The notes under the pieces were generated by a model. That model did no database searches, had not been told where the DNA came from, and saw nothing but the letters and a program-made list of their open reading frames with translations. A stretch of DNA of 64,000 bases from positions 1,129,994 through 1,193,993 of the forward strand of contig JBFXEV010000001.1 of NCBI GenBank assembly GCA_050179755.1, in the 5' to 3' direction. Positions 19,990 through 29,647 of this stretch are shown here, piece by piece. The stretch comes from Candidatus Babeliales bacterium. GTDB taxonomy: Bacteria; Babelota; Babeliae; Babelales; JBFXEV01. The translations under genes and the position numbers were made by a program. Each line of letters starts with the position of its first letter. Within the stretch, counting starts at the first letter, position 1.

Positions 19990-21435
19990 TTAAATTGCCA
20001 GTGGACTTAAGAAAGCATATTGGCGATACATTTGATCGATAACTCTTAGCTTTTGTGCAACGCTATATGTTGGGTTGCTAAGTTCTTCAATGTCGGCAGT
20101 AAAGGCTTTTTGCTTTGTGCTTGGTATGCGGCCTATATAGTGCTGAAGTGCAGAAAGATGATAACGTAAGAATCCTGTTCCTGTGATATCAAGCTGTAAA
20201 TCACCGCTATTAAATTTGTTGAGTAATTTATCAATTTGTATCAGGCGATGCTGCAATGGTTCGCTTAAAATTTTGCGATGGAATATTGCATCATATCCTT
20301 TTTTGATACTATAAAGACCGAGTGCTATGGGGAAAATTGCAATAAGTGCTGCATTTAATTGCTGTGCTTCCCAAAATTCTTTAAAAGCAAGTGCAAATTC
20401 ACTAAATTGCCAATCTTTCAATTGTATTAAACTAGCATTAGTTTCCAGAAAATGAAGGTTGCCATTATAGAAATTGGTAGTTGCATTCCAGATAAGATGT
20501 TTTGCTTGATCATCCCAGAATTCGACTATTAAGCTTGAATCTTTGGTTGCAAGAATATAAGAACGCAGCGTTGCAAGTTCTTCTTCTGTTGCTTTTGGTT
20601 TTATTATTGGTAATAATTTATCAAGATTTGTGGTAAATGTTCTTTTGGAGCCTGCAACGGCTTCGGGAGTAATTACGGGAAGATGTTTTTGCCCAAACAA
20701 GACTTTTTTAGTGTTTTGCAATGGATTTTTAATGTGGTCTTGCCAAAATTTTAAAATTATTGCTTTTCCGTTATTTTTCCAGATTTGCAAATTATCTTGA
20801 TTCTTATAGGCATAAACACCTGCCGCAAGAGCACATCCAGCAGCCAGAACATATTTGGTCCAATTACGGACAAAATGATTTGGCTTTAGATGATCGCTTA
20901 CGCGTGCTAAGTATTGTTCTTGAAAGGTCGACAATTGTTCAATCGCCTGTGTTGCATAGGCGCTAATAATAACATCATCAAAGCTCTCGGGGCGCGTATA
21001 GTGGTTGCCAAGGAGCGATTCTGAAAGATCAAAGTTGTTACAAGATGTTGCAATGTCGCCCTGCTCAGTTTGTGGAGCTTGCAGGTAAGACGTGCTGAGT
21101 GCACCTAGTGCTGTTGCTACTTGTTCTTGTTTTTCTGCTAATACTTTAATATGGTTCTGGATGTCTTCTAGAGCTGAGTTCGAGCTAAGCCAGCCTTTGG
21201 GCCCGCGAATAATGGCATGAGAGAGAGGATTATCTTCCACTGTGTGCCAGTATTCAAGGGAGGCTTCAAGCTCGTGCATAACGCTTAAAAGACCGCTTTC
21301 AAGTGCTTGATTATAAGCAATACAAAGAGCTTTGCTGTTTGGAGATATTGGTTCCCCTAAAGAAAGCGCTGGGCTAATAAGCAGGGATAGTGTTGCTACA
21401 TAGAGCGTAGATTTCTTAAAAAATGAGCGTATCAT
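19990..21435 (-). CDS. NCA2/DGS1-like membrane protein
   Basis: GGAGG RBS before MIRSFF. KPNHFVRNW-TM-...FWQDHIKNPL and LNAALIAIFP resemble the NCA2 family as recalled; not verified by search. Confidence 0.55.
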   Translation of the reverse strand: MIRSFFKKSTLYVATLSLLISPALSLGEPISPNSKALCIAYNQALESGLLSVMHELEASLEYWHTVEDNPLSHAIIRGPKGWLSSNSALEDIQNHIKVLAEKQEQVATALGALSTSYLQAPQTEQGDIATSCNNFDLSESLLGNHYTRPESFDDVIISAYATQAIEQLSTFQEQYLARVSDHLKPNHFVRNWTKYVLAAGCALAAGVYAYKNQDNLQIWKNNGKAIILKFWQDHIKNPLQNTKKVLFGQKHLPVITPEAVAGSKRTFTTNLDKLLPIIKPKATEEELATLRSYILATKDSSLIVEFWDDQAKHLIWNATTNFYNGNLHFLETNASLIQLKDWQFSEFALAFKEFWEAQQLNAALIAIFPIALGLYSIKKGYDAIFHRKILSEPLQHRLIQIDKLLNKFNSGDLQLDITGTGFLRYHLSALQHYIGRIPSTKQKAFTADIEELSNPTYSVAQKLRVIDQMYRQYAFLSPLAI

Positions 21436-21773
21436 TGTCAGTTTTCCTCCATAGTATACGTGAGTAAGTATAGCATGGAGCAGCAGAATTGTCATTGATT
21501 TTAAAGCATTTGTTACTATAATAAATTTAAATATTAAGACAAGATGTCGACAATTCAAATAGAAAATATTAAGGTAAGTAGAGTAGTTATAGTGTGGGAG
21601 CATCGGCAGCAGGGTGTGCGCATCAGTAATTATTTAGCTAATAGTCAGTATTGGGATTGTACAGATGGCATGTTTCTGGTAATATAAATATATGTTTTGT
21701 GGTGCTTTTCCCGTTTCAGTACCGCTATTTTGAGAATAAATCCAATAAATCATTACAAATGGAATTTAAAGTC

Positions 21774-22130
21774 ATGGCAAAAAAAACCGATGCTCCAGCA
21801 TCTTCTTCTGAAGCTGTATTTGAAAAATATGCCATTTTCCAAACTGGCAGCAAGCAATATCAAGCTTTAGAAGGCAAAACTATTGCTATAGAAAAAATTG
21901 AAGGTGAGCCAGGAGCTACTATTAAGTTTCCTGAAGTGCTTATACGTAAGTTGAGTGACAGCAAAGTAGAAATTGGCCAACCGTTTGTGGCAACGCCTAT
22001 TACTGCTTCTATAGTAAAGCATATTAAAGAGCCTAAAGTGGTGATCTTTAAATTTAAACGCCGTACTAAGTCACGCGTTAAAAAAGGCCATCGTCAGCCA
22101 AAAACTATTATTCGCATTGAATCTATCTAA
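21774..22130 (+). CDS. rplU: 50S ribosomal protein L21
   Basis: YAIFQTGSKQY, IGQPFV, KVVIFKFKRR, KKGHRQPKT. Confidence 0.95.
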   Translation: MAKKTDAPASSSEAVFEKYAIFQTGSKQYQALEGKTIAIEKIEGEPGATIKFPEVLIRKLSDSKVEIGQPFVATPITASIVKHIKEPKVVIFKFKRRTKSRVKKGHRQPKTIIRIESI

Positions 22131-22156
22131 AAGATAATTTGATTGTTGAAAGTTAG

Positions 22157-22184
22157 AGGGATCCTTCAAAAGGATCCCTTTTTT
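22157..22184 (+). terminator. Intrinsic terminator after rplU
   Basis: AGGGATCCTT-caa-AAGGATCCCT followed by a T-run. Confidence 0.8.
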
Positions 22185-22233
22185 GCGTATGTGACGTGCC
22201 TTCGGCAGCGCCACATGTTTATATGCATTTTAT

Positions 22234-22875
22234 TTAGAGTTTTGCTATAGCTTCTAGTGCATCATCATGCCCGGCAAACAGCAACTTGTCTCCTTCTTTG
22301 ATCACATAGTCAAGCGAGACAATATCAATCTGATCGCCTCGTTTAACTCCAATGCACTTTACATGATATTTATCATAAAGCGGTAGCTCAAGTATTGTTT
22401 TACCAATAAACTGTTTTGCAGCAGGCAACTGGCTAATAGAGAAATTTTCAGAAAGCCGCGTATGCTCCATAAAAGGTAAACTTAATGCTTCTGCTAAATC
22501 TCTGCCAATTTCTTGTTCAGGCAGCACGATTTGATCGGCACCAATGAGCGTTAATATTTCCTTGTGTATGTCATTTATAGCGCGTGCAATAACGCGTTTG
22601 ATAATAAGCCGTTTTTTTAAAAGTGCGGTGACCAGTATTGATTGTGCAAAGTTCTCTCCCATGGCAACAATCACTACGTCCATTTCATCAACGCCTACTG
22701 AGCGCAATGAAACTTCATCTGTTGCACGCATGCATATTGCTTGAGTAATCTGATCTCGTATTGATGCAATAATTGTTTCATCAGCATCAATGCCAAGTAC
22801 TTCCATGCCATTTTCAGCGAGCGTTGTTGCCACTTGATAGCCAAAACGGCCTAGGCCAATAACACAAAATTTCAT
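22234..22875 (-). CDS. ktrA: KtrA/TrkA family potassium uptake regulatory subunit
   Basis: VIGLGRFG Rossmann motif, IGADQIVLPE, TrkA_C domain. Confidence 0.9.
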   Translation of the reverse strand: MKFCVIGLGRFGYQVATTLAENGMEVLGIDADETIIASIRDQITQAICMRATDEVSLRSVGVDEMDVVIVAMGENFAQSILVTALLKKRLIIKRVIARAINDIHKEILTLIGADQIVLPEQEIGRDLAEALSLPFMEHTRLSENFSISQLPAAKQFIGKTILELPLYDKYHVKCIGVKRGDQIDIVSLDYVIKEGDKLLFAGHDDALEAIAKL

Positions 22876-22907
22876 ATGTTCCTTTTAAAGTTTTACTTTT
22901 TTTGTAA

Positions 22908-23714
22908 TTACCAACCAACTACTGGTTTCCAATACGGTTTACTCGTAGGTCCTTTAACAGAAATTTTCAATTGACCGTTTTTGAGCGGAAACTTGGTTAC
23001 GCAGGGTAGATTGTTTGGTATTATTAAATCTTTCTGGGTGCAATTGGGTTGAAGCCTTGCTAAAGAAATATGATAGAGAGGTTTTTCTAGATGGCTCAGC
23101 CAAGCATGTGGATATTGTTTAAAAAGATGAGTACCAAAAGGAATAATAAACTTTTCTTGATAACTCGATATATTTTGCATAGGATTAAATACTGCTGCTA
23201 TAAAGTCTAATTTTTGCCCTATTATTTCAACCCCGCTAAAATTAAATTCTAGAGGTTTCAAAGTTCCTGTAAATGGGTTAATACTTTGAATAATCCATTT
23301 TGATAATTCACCTACCATATCGTGTTCGCTTGCATATTGATTTGGCTCGATTGGAATATTAAAATAGATTAAGCTCATGTGCATTTGTATAAGAGGTGTA
23401 AAGTTGGCACATGATTTGTTATAATTTTCTAGTTTTCTTTGTAAAGTTAGAAGTGTTTGATATTTTTCATTAATAGCTACTGCTACTATACCGCTAAAAA
23501 CAGGGTAATCAATTTGAGCGCTTCTATTTTCTCGTTCGCGGTTTTCATTAACAAATTCATCCCATAAGGACTGCTTTGATGAAGGCTTGTATGTTGATTG
23601 AAGTTGTATTTGTAATGCGGTGAGTTGATTTATGAGATTGCCAAGTGCTTTATCTAATTGCGCATGGAGGCTTATGGATACAAGTAGTATTACAAGTAAG
23701 TATAAATTTTTCAT
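22908..23714 (-). CDS. Putative secreted 2H phosphoesterase-like protein
   Basis: Two HxS motifs (MHMSL, YHISL) about 100 aa apart; signal peptide ending SLHA. Confidence 0.55.
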   Translation of the reverse strand: MKNLYLLVILLVSISLHAQLDKALGNLINQLTALQIQLQSTYKPSSKQSLWDEFVNENRERENRSAQIDYPVFSGIVAVAINEKYQTLLTLQRKLENYNKSCANFTPLIQMHMSLIYFNIPIEPNQYASEHDMVGELSKWIIQSINPFTGTLKPLEFNFSGVEIIGQKLDFIAAVFNPMQNISSYQEKFIIPFGTHLFKQYPHAWLSHLEKPLYHISLARLQPNCTQKDLIIPNNLPCVTKFPLKNGQLKISVKGPTSKPYWKPVVGW

Positions 23715-23730
23715 GTACATCCTTTTTACA

Positions 23731-25092
23731 TTAACCAAGCATTACGCGTTCTTCAGGGTATTCATATTCGGCTGGTTTAATTTTGCGTTGTAGTGCAAGT
23801 ACCGCCGTCATTGAGCCAATACGCCCAATAACCATGGTAAGCATTATTAACAATTTACCAAATGGCGTTAGATAGGGTGTTACGCCTAATGATAATCCTA
23901 GTGTTGCAAATGCTGAAACTACTTCAAATAATATATCAAGGAATTCCCATCCTTTTTCTGTAATGAGCAAGCAAAAGGTGGCAAAAAATATCCAGCAGAT
24001 GCTCAAGGTAATAATGGCAAGAGCTTTGTATACTTGTTCTTGGGCAATGCGCCTGCCTTGAATTTCAATAGAGGGGCGCGCGTAGAGCGCTGAGCGAACT
24101 GTGCTTAGAAATATTGCAAATGTGGTAGTTTTTACACCACTACCAGTAGATGCTGGTGATGAACCAATAAATGCCATTACCATAAATACCAAAAGCGTTG
24201 CAAGGTGCAGATCGCTGGTTGGAATGGTAACAAATCCTGCGCTGCGTGCAGAAAGTGAATTGAGCAATGAATTAAGCAGAGTAAGAAACCATGTGTCGTG
24301 TGCTAATGTATTATTACGTTCGAGTATCCAATAAAGTAATAGTCCTGAGCCAGTAAGCAGAGCTGTTGCATACATTACAATCTTACTTTGTAGTGTAAAT
24401 GTGTGTCGCCGCTTTTTTTTGAGTGTTTGGAGCCAAATATAAAGCTCATGCCAAGTTAAAAATCCTAGACCGCCTGCAAGAATAAGCAAAGAAGTTATTG
24501 AAAGTAGAAAAGGATTTGTTTGCATAAATCCAAGACCATGCGGAAAAAGTGAAAAACCCGCATTACAAAAAGCAGAAACCGCATGAAAGATAGAGAGAAA
24601 TAGTGCATTTGAGAGTGTATAGTGTTCTTTGATGGCAAAAAATATACAGCAGGCTCCTAAAAACTCTACAACCAGAGTAAAGCCAATAATAAAAAGCAAT
24701 AATCGTTTAATGTTTTTCCACGTATCAAGTTCTAAGATTTTCCCCATAATCAGCTGTGTGCCAAAACCCACGTTTACAAAGAGAGAGACCATGAAGAGCA
24801 TTAAAGTAATAAGGCCTAAACCACCAATTTGCATAAGTAACATAATAACACTATGGCCATAACGCGTAAAATGATCAAGCGGAATAGTATTTAAACCAGT
24901 AACTGTTGTTGCTGATGTTGCTGTAAATAAAAGATCAAGAAAAGGTACTTCAGTTGTGCGGCATAAGGGCAGAGCAAGTAATGCAGCGCCACCGCTTATC
25001 GTGATTAATATGGTACCTAGCAGAACACGAGCGGGTGAAAGCACTGATTGTTTGAGCGTCATAGGTATTTTCCTTATTTCATGAATAGCCAC
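23731..25092 (-). CDS. ktrB: KtrB/TrkH family potassium uptake membrane subunit
   Basis: SATTVTGL, QIGGLG, SAFCNAGF, RSAGF, GSSPASTGSGVK, FEVVSAFATLGLS. Confidence 0.92.
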   Translation of the reverse strand: MAIHEIRKIPMTLKQSVLSPARVLLGTILITISGGAALLALPLCRTTEVPFLDLLFTATSATTVTGLNTIPLDHFTRYGHSVIMLLMQIGGLGLITLMLFMVSLFVNVGFGTQLIMGKILELDTWKNIKRLLLFIIGFTLVVEFLGACCIFFAIKEHYTLSNALFLSIFHAVSAFCNAGFSLFPHGLGFMQTNPFLLSITSLLILAGGLGFLTWHELYIWLQTLKKKRRHTFTLQSKIVMYATALLTGSGLLLYWILERNNTLAHDTWFLTLLNSLLNSLSARSAGFVTIPTSDLHLATLLVFMVMAFIGSSPASTGSGVKTTTFAIFLSTVRSALYARPSIEIQGRRIAQEQVYKALAIITLSICWIFFATFCLLITEKGWEFLDILFEVVSAFATLGLSLGVTPYLTPFGKLLIMLTMVIGRIGSMTAVLALQRKIKPAEYEYPEERVMLG

Positions 25093-25655
25093 ATACTCAA
25101 ACCTACCAGAATTACAAAAAGTACTGCAAGTATATTAAAGTAGCGATCAATATATTCTTTCATTTGTTTACCCCACAAAGCAATAATTCCTGCAATTAAG
25201 AAAAATCGTGCACCGCGGCTTATCAGCGAGTTAACAATAAAGGGGACAAGGGGTAATTTGCAAAAACCTGCACCAAGCGTTACTGCTTTATAAGGCACTG
25301 GCGTAAAACCTGCAATAAGCACTGTCCAATGTTGATAGTTTTTAAAGTATGCAACTGCATTGTCAAATGCCTGCTGACCCAAAATAAGTGATACTAGCGT
25401 TTGTCCCACCGTTGCCCAAAGCGCAGCTCCAATAAAATAACCGGTAATGCCACCCAGCACGGAGGCCAGTGTCGCCACCAATGCAAAATAATATGATCGT
25501 GGTTGATATTCTATGCAATAGAGCATTAAGATAGGATCGATCGGAATAATAAAGAAAATTGCTTCTATAAAAAAAAGAAGGCCAAGCAAAGGCACAGCAT
25601 AGGGCGAGTGCACTTGCTTGCCAAGCCAATCATAGAGTCGTTTGAGCATAATCAA
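25074..25655 (-). CDS. YqaA/DedA (VTT) family membrane protein
   Basis: FIEAIFF..P.D, SVLGG..GY.IG, AGFTPVPYK, SRGARFF. Confidence 0.85.
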   Translation of the reverse strand: MIMLKRLYDWLGKQVHSPYAVPLLGLLFFIEAIFFIIPIDPILMLYCIEYQPRSYYFALVATLASVLGGITGYFIGAALWATVGQTLVSLILGQQAFDNAVAYFKNYQHWTVLIAGFTPVPYKAVTLGAGFCKLPLVPFIVNSLISRGARFFLIAGIIALWGKQMKEYIDRYFNILAVLFVILVGLSMWLFMK

Positions 25656-25678
25656 TCTCCTTTTTTTGAGATACTCTG

Positions 25679-26995
25679 TTACGGCTGTAGCATTTTATAT
25701 AAAAATTCAGGTACTGCATCAATGGCAATGCGCTCTTGTTGCATTGAATCACGATGACGCACGGTAACGCATTGATCAGTTTCTGAATCAAAATCAAAAG
25801 TAAAGCAAAACGGCGTACCAATTTCATCTTGTCTGCGGTATCTTTTACCAATTGAGCCAGATTGATCATACTGCACTGGAATGCCTTGTGCTTGTATGGC
25901 AGCATACAACTTGTGCATAGGCTCTGCTTGCTTATTGGTGAGTGGCATAAATGCTGCTTTATACGGTGCCATTGCGGGAGCAAAACGTAATACTATGCGT
26001 TGTTCGCCATCGGCAGTATCTTCATGATACGCTTCAAAAAGAAGCGTAATGAATAATCTATCTGCTCCTACCGAAGTTTCTACCACGTGCGGCAAATATG
26101 ATTCTTTAGTTTCATCATCAAATACAGACAGCTCTTTGCCAGAATGTTTTGAATGTTGGGAAAGATCAAAGTTGCCACGATAGGCAATACCCTCAACTTC
26201 TTTCCAGCCAAATGGAAATTGGTATTCTACATCAGAAGTATATTGCGAATAATGAGAAAGTTCGTCTTTTTCGTGTGAGCGCAAACGTACGTTTTCCTTT
26301 TTAATACCAATCATATCATAAAATTCTAAACGTTTTTGGCACCAGTACTCAAAGGTTTCTCGTGCTGTTTCAGCTTTGCAAAACCACTCCATTTCCATTT
26401 GTTCAAATTCCCGCATGCGAAATAAGAATTGTTTTGGCGTAATTTCGTTACGGAACGCCTTGCCAATTTGACCAACACCAAACGGAATTTTCACGCGATT
26501 TGATGAAATGATATTTTTAAAATTAATAAAAATGGATTGGGCGGTTTCCGGGCGCAGATAAGCAACTGAGGCTTGATCTTCTGTGGCACCCAGATTAGTT
26601 TTGAACATCATGTTAAATTGACGAACATCAGTCCAATTTTTAATACCGCAATTGCTGCATGCTTTATTTAAATCAATATCGTCAGCGCGAAAGCGATGCT
26701 TGCAGTTTAAGCAATCAACCATAGGGTCATGAAAGTTTGCAACGTGCCCAGAAGCTTCCCACACCTGGCTTGGGCCAAGAAGTGAGCCTTCTAAAAAGAG
26801 CGTTTCACCTTTTGATGTCAGGATGCTACGTTTCCACATATTCCGGATGTTCTCTTTAAGTAATACGCCAAGAGGCCCGATGTCATAGACGCCATTAAGG
26901 CCACCATAGATTGATGCAGTTTGATACACAAAGCCACGTCGTTTGCAAAGAGAAGTGATTGAATCAAGCGTTGCCGCAGATGAAACCGGTGCCAT
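25679..26995 (-). CDS. glyQS: Glycine--tRNA ligase (alpha2 homodimeric type)
   Basis: LCKRRGF, YLRPETAQ, QIGKAFRNEITP, REFEQME, SIGKRYRRQDEIGTP. Confidence 0.96.
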   Translation of the reverse strand: MAPVSSAATLDSITSLCKRRGFVYQTASIYGGLNGVYDIGPLGVLLKENIRNMWKRSILTSKGETLFLEGSLLGPSQVWEASGHVANFHDPMVDCLNCKHRFRADDIDLNKACSNCGIKNWTDVRQFNMMFKTNLGATEDQASVAYLRPETAQSIFINFKNIISSNRVKIPFGVGQIGKAFRNEITPKQFLFRMREFEQMEMEWFCKAETARETFEYWCQKRLEFYDMIGIKKENVRLRSHEKDELSHYSQYTSDVEYQFPFGWKEVEGIAYRGNFDLSQHSKHSGKELSVFDDETKESYLPHVVETSVGADRLFITLLFEAYHEDTADGEQRIVLRFAPAMAPYKAAFMPLTNKQAEPMHKLYAAIQAQGIPVQYDQSGSIGKRYRRQDEIGTPFCFTFDFDSETDQCVTVRHRDSMQQERIAIDAVPEFLYKMLQP

Positions 26996-27139
26996 GGTTA
27001 AAGACCTTATGTTAGTTTATTGAAGCGGTAATTATACATGTTGTGATTATGCCAGAATTTAGCAGGTATGGAAAGAGGCGAGGCGAGATTGCGGGAATTT
27101 CAATCGTTACTATGAGTGCATTTCATTATAATTATTCTT

Positions 27140-27900
27140 TTCATATGCATTGATGTTGCTCAAGCATGGGGCTCAGCCGAAGGTAAAAGCTAATGCTGGC
27201 AAAACGTTTTTGGATAATGTTGATCACCATAAGTATAAAGCCTGAACCTGGGCACTTAAACAGGTGAATTTCTCTATGCCTTTGTGGAGCAGTATGTAAT
27301 AGGCAATGTGACACTTTTGGAAGATTGTTATGAGTTTGTTGGGTGTATGTTAAAGCATAGAGTACATAGAATAGGTTATACGTATTTATCCAGGTCAGTG
27401 CAAAGCTTATTAAACAATATGAGTATCCTTGTGGGCATTAGATAATTATGGAAGTAACCAATTGCATTATGTGGCACAATGGGCAGTTCTCGTTGATGAT
27501 GATTTACCTCAGTATTATCTAGATAATGGTGTTGATTCAGTTCTTGAAAATAAGGGGGCAGGCGCCATTACAGCAAGTGGCACAATATAGTTACCGGTAT
27601 GTGTGTCATGAAGAAAATTAATTGAAATTGCACGCATGTTGCTTCTTGCAGGAGCTGATTCTGCCAGTATAACTGAGAAGGCAAAGGAATCTGCTCTTGA
27701 GATTGCACAGTCAGTGCACGCATTATGGAGCACAAAAGCTACTGGTTTATTGGTAAAATTATTGAAGTTGCCAGTGTAGAATTAGATGCACACACAAAGA
27801 TGCAAGTAATTGAAAAGGTAGCATCTGTAATGTTAGAGGATATTGCATCGCGCACTCGGCCGCAAGGGTTAACTAAGACAAAGGTGGTTTTTTCGAGAAA
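27140..27900 (+). pseudogene. Degraded ankyrin repeat gene
   Basis: Fragments in shifting frames: LMLLKHGAQPKVKANAGKT, DNYGSNQLHYVA, YYLDNGVD, EIARMLLLAGAD..ESALEIA; many stops. Confidence 0.65.
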
Positions 27901-28075
27901 GTAAAACTATAAATATAATTGAGGTTTTACAAATCCTGTAAGCTTGCCTAAATAAGCCAATTCTGCTCATACTTTGTTGTCAAGTTCAAAGTATTAAAAA
28001 ATTCTGCCAGTGAGCACTTTATTGGAGCGTTTGCACGGCAATTGCAGGTTTGGAAGCAACATATAATAATTCTAT

Positions 28076-28103
28076 TTGACATTAAATACAGGTGTGATAC
28101 ACT
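28076..28103 (+). promoter_or_regulatory. Sigma70-like promoter of the WD40 gene
   Basis: TTGACA-N16-TACACT with TG just upstream of the -10. Confidence 0.5.
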
Positions 28104-28159
28104 ATAGTCTATAGGGTTTAATTAGAATATATTTATGATTCATAGTGGGAGTTTGTCCA

Positions 28160-29614
28160 ATGAACGCATTTAAACAAATTTTACTTATTTTATCTGTCTT
28201 TTGCCCTGCATTACCTATTAATTCCATGACAGTCATATCACTTCAATCAAAATGTATTAATACAATAGTGAGAAATTTTGATACATATACTCCGGAAGAG
28301 ATTGCCCAGCTTCCTGAAGATTCACGTAAAGTTCTTATACTTAAAAAATTGATTGAAACTTTCGGTGCTGTAAGTTGTAAGCGCCATAGTCACTTTGGAA
28401 TAAGGAGACAAGCGCAAACCCAACGACAAGGAACTGGTCCGGTATACGCAGCGGCAGCAACATTGGATAACAAGATAATAGCTGGAACTTATGATCACGT
28501 ATATGTATGGGGTATGGATGGCGAGAAAATTGCTACATGTAAAGGGCATTCAAGCGCTATTACTTCAGTTGCTGTTTCTAAAGATAATAAAATAATTTCA
28601 GGATCTTATGATAAGACTATTAGAGTCTGGGATATGGATGGACACCAGATAAAGCTTATTGAAGGACATTCTGATGCTGTTACTGCCGTTGCTATTTCAC
28701 TTGATAATAAGATAATTTCAGGATCACGCGACAATACAATCCGGATTTGGGATAGAGATGGTATTCAACGTGCTTCGTGTGTTGGCCATACTGGTCCTAT
28801 TGTTGCCTTGGCGATATCACATGATAATAAGATAATTTCTTCATCTGGCGATAAAACCATCCGTGTATGGGATATGGATGGGAATCAAAGAGCCTTATTT
28901 GATGGGCATTATTCTCCCCTTATTGCTGTAACGTCTGATAATAAGATAATTGTAGGAGCTTGCGGTAGAAGTTCTATGTCAGTATGGGACATTGAAGGTA
29001 ATTTTCTTGGGGAGTTATTTTGTGAACTTCCCTCAGGGGTTTCTTGCTTGGCTATAACATATGATAATAAAATAGTATGTGCATGTACGGATGGCAATGC
29101 CTACATTTTTGATATGGATTGTAATCAACTTGCAATATGTCGCGGTATGCCTGGTGAGGAGACAAACATTCTTTCTCTTGCAGTAAGTAAAGATAACAAA
29201 ATAATATTGGGATGTATGGATCATTCTGGGCGTGTATTTGATATGAATTTTTTGAATTGTGTTGAAAAGATAAATGAACAACAAGCATTGCGCATATTAA
29301 GGGTTTTGCGCAATTCTTCCAGAGAATTTTCTAATGGGAGAACTTGGGAAATGATAAAAAAAATAATAAATGAACCTGAAACTAACGCTAAAGCATCAAT
29401 GAGCGATGAAGTGCAAGAGGCTATATCTGTACCAGCATTAATAGCATCAGCACAAACACCTCCACCAGCACGTAAAAATGAATTTCAGCGTAAGGTAAAA
29501 ACTCAATCTTTAAATTCAGATCAAAAATTCGCATTAGGTTGGGTAATTGTGTTGGCTGGGTATGTTGCGTATAAACTGTTTGTAAGTAGTTCAGATAATT
29601 CAACAAATCACTAA
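28160..29614 (+). CDS. WD40 repeat protein with signal peptide, BC-box-like N-terminus and C-terminal TM helix
   Basis: Repeated GH..(V/I).....D.KIISGS.D.TIR.WD units at 40-aa period. Confidence 0.9.
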   Translation: MNAFKQILLILSVFCPALPINSMTVISLQSKCINTIVRNFDTYTPEEIAQLPEDSRKVLILKKLIETFGAVSCKRHSHFGIRRQAQTQRQGTGPVYAAAATLDNKIIAGTYDHVYVWGMDGEKIATCKGHSSAITSVAVSKDNKIISGSYDKTIRVWDMDGHQIKLIEGHSDAVTAVAISLDNKIISGSRDNTIRIWDRDGIQRASCVGHTGPIVALAISHDNKIISSSGDKTIRVWDMDGNQRALFDGHYSPLIAVTSDNKIIVGACGRSSMSVWDIEGNFLGELFCELPSGVSCLAITYDNKIVCACTDGNAYIFDMDCNQLAICRGMPGEETNILSLAVSKDNKIILGCMDHSGRVFDMNFLNCVEKINEQQALRILRVLRNSSREFSNGRTWEMIKKIINEPETNAKASMSDEVQEAISVPALIASAQTPPPARKNEFQRKVKTQSLNSDQKFALGWVIVLAGYVAYKLFVSSSDNSTNH

Positions 29615-29647
29615 ATAGGCAAATAGTTCTTTTGGTGAACTTGCGCG

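Noticed and set aside
21651..21773. N-terminal extension of rplU from an upstream TTG
   Set aside because: Does not resemble L21; ATG at 21774 (or 21759) is more plausible.
28440..29250. CRISPR-like periodic GATAATAAGATAAT repeats
   Set aside because: The ~120-bp period is explained by in-frame WD40 repeats; no cas genes or unique spacers.
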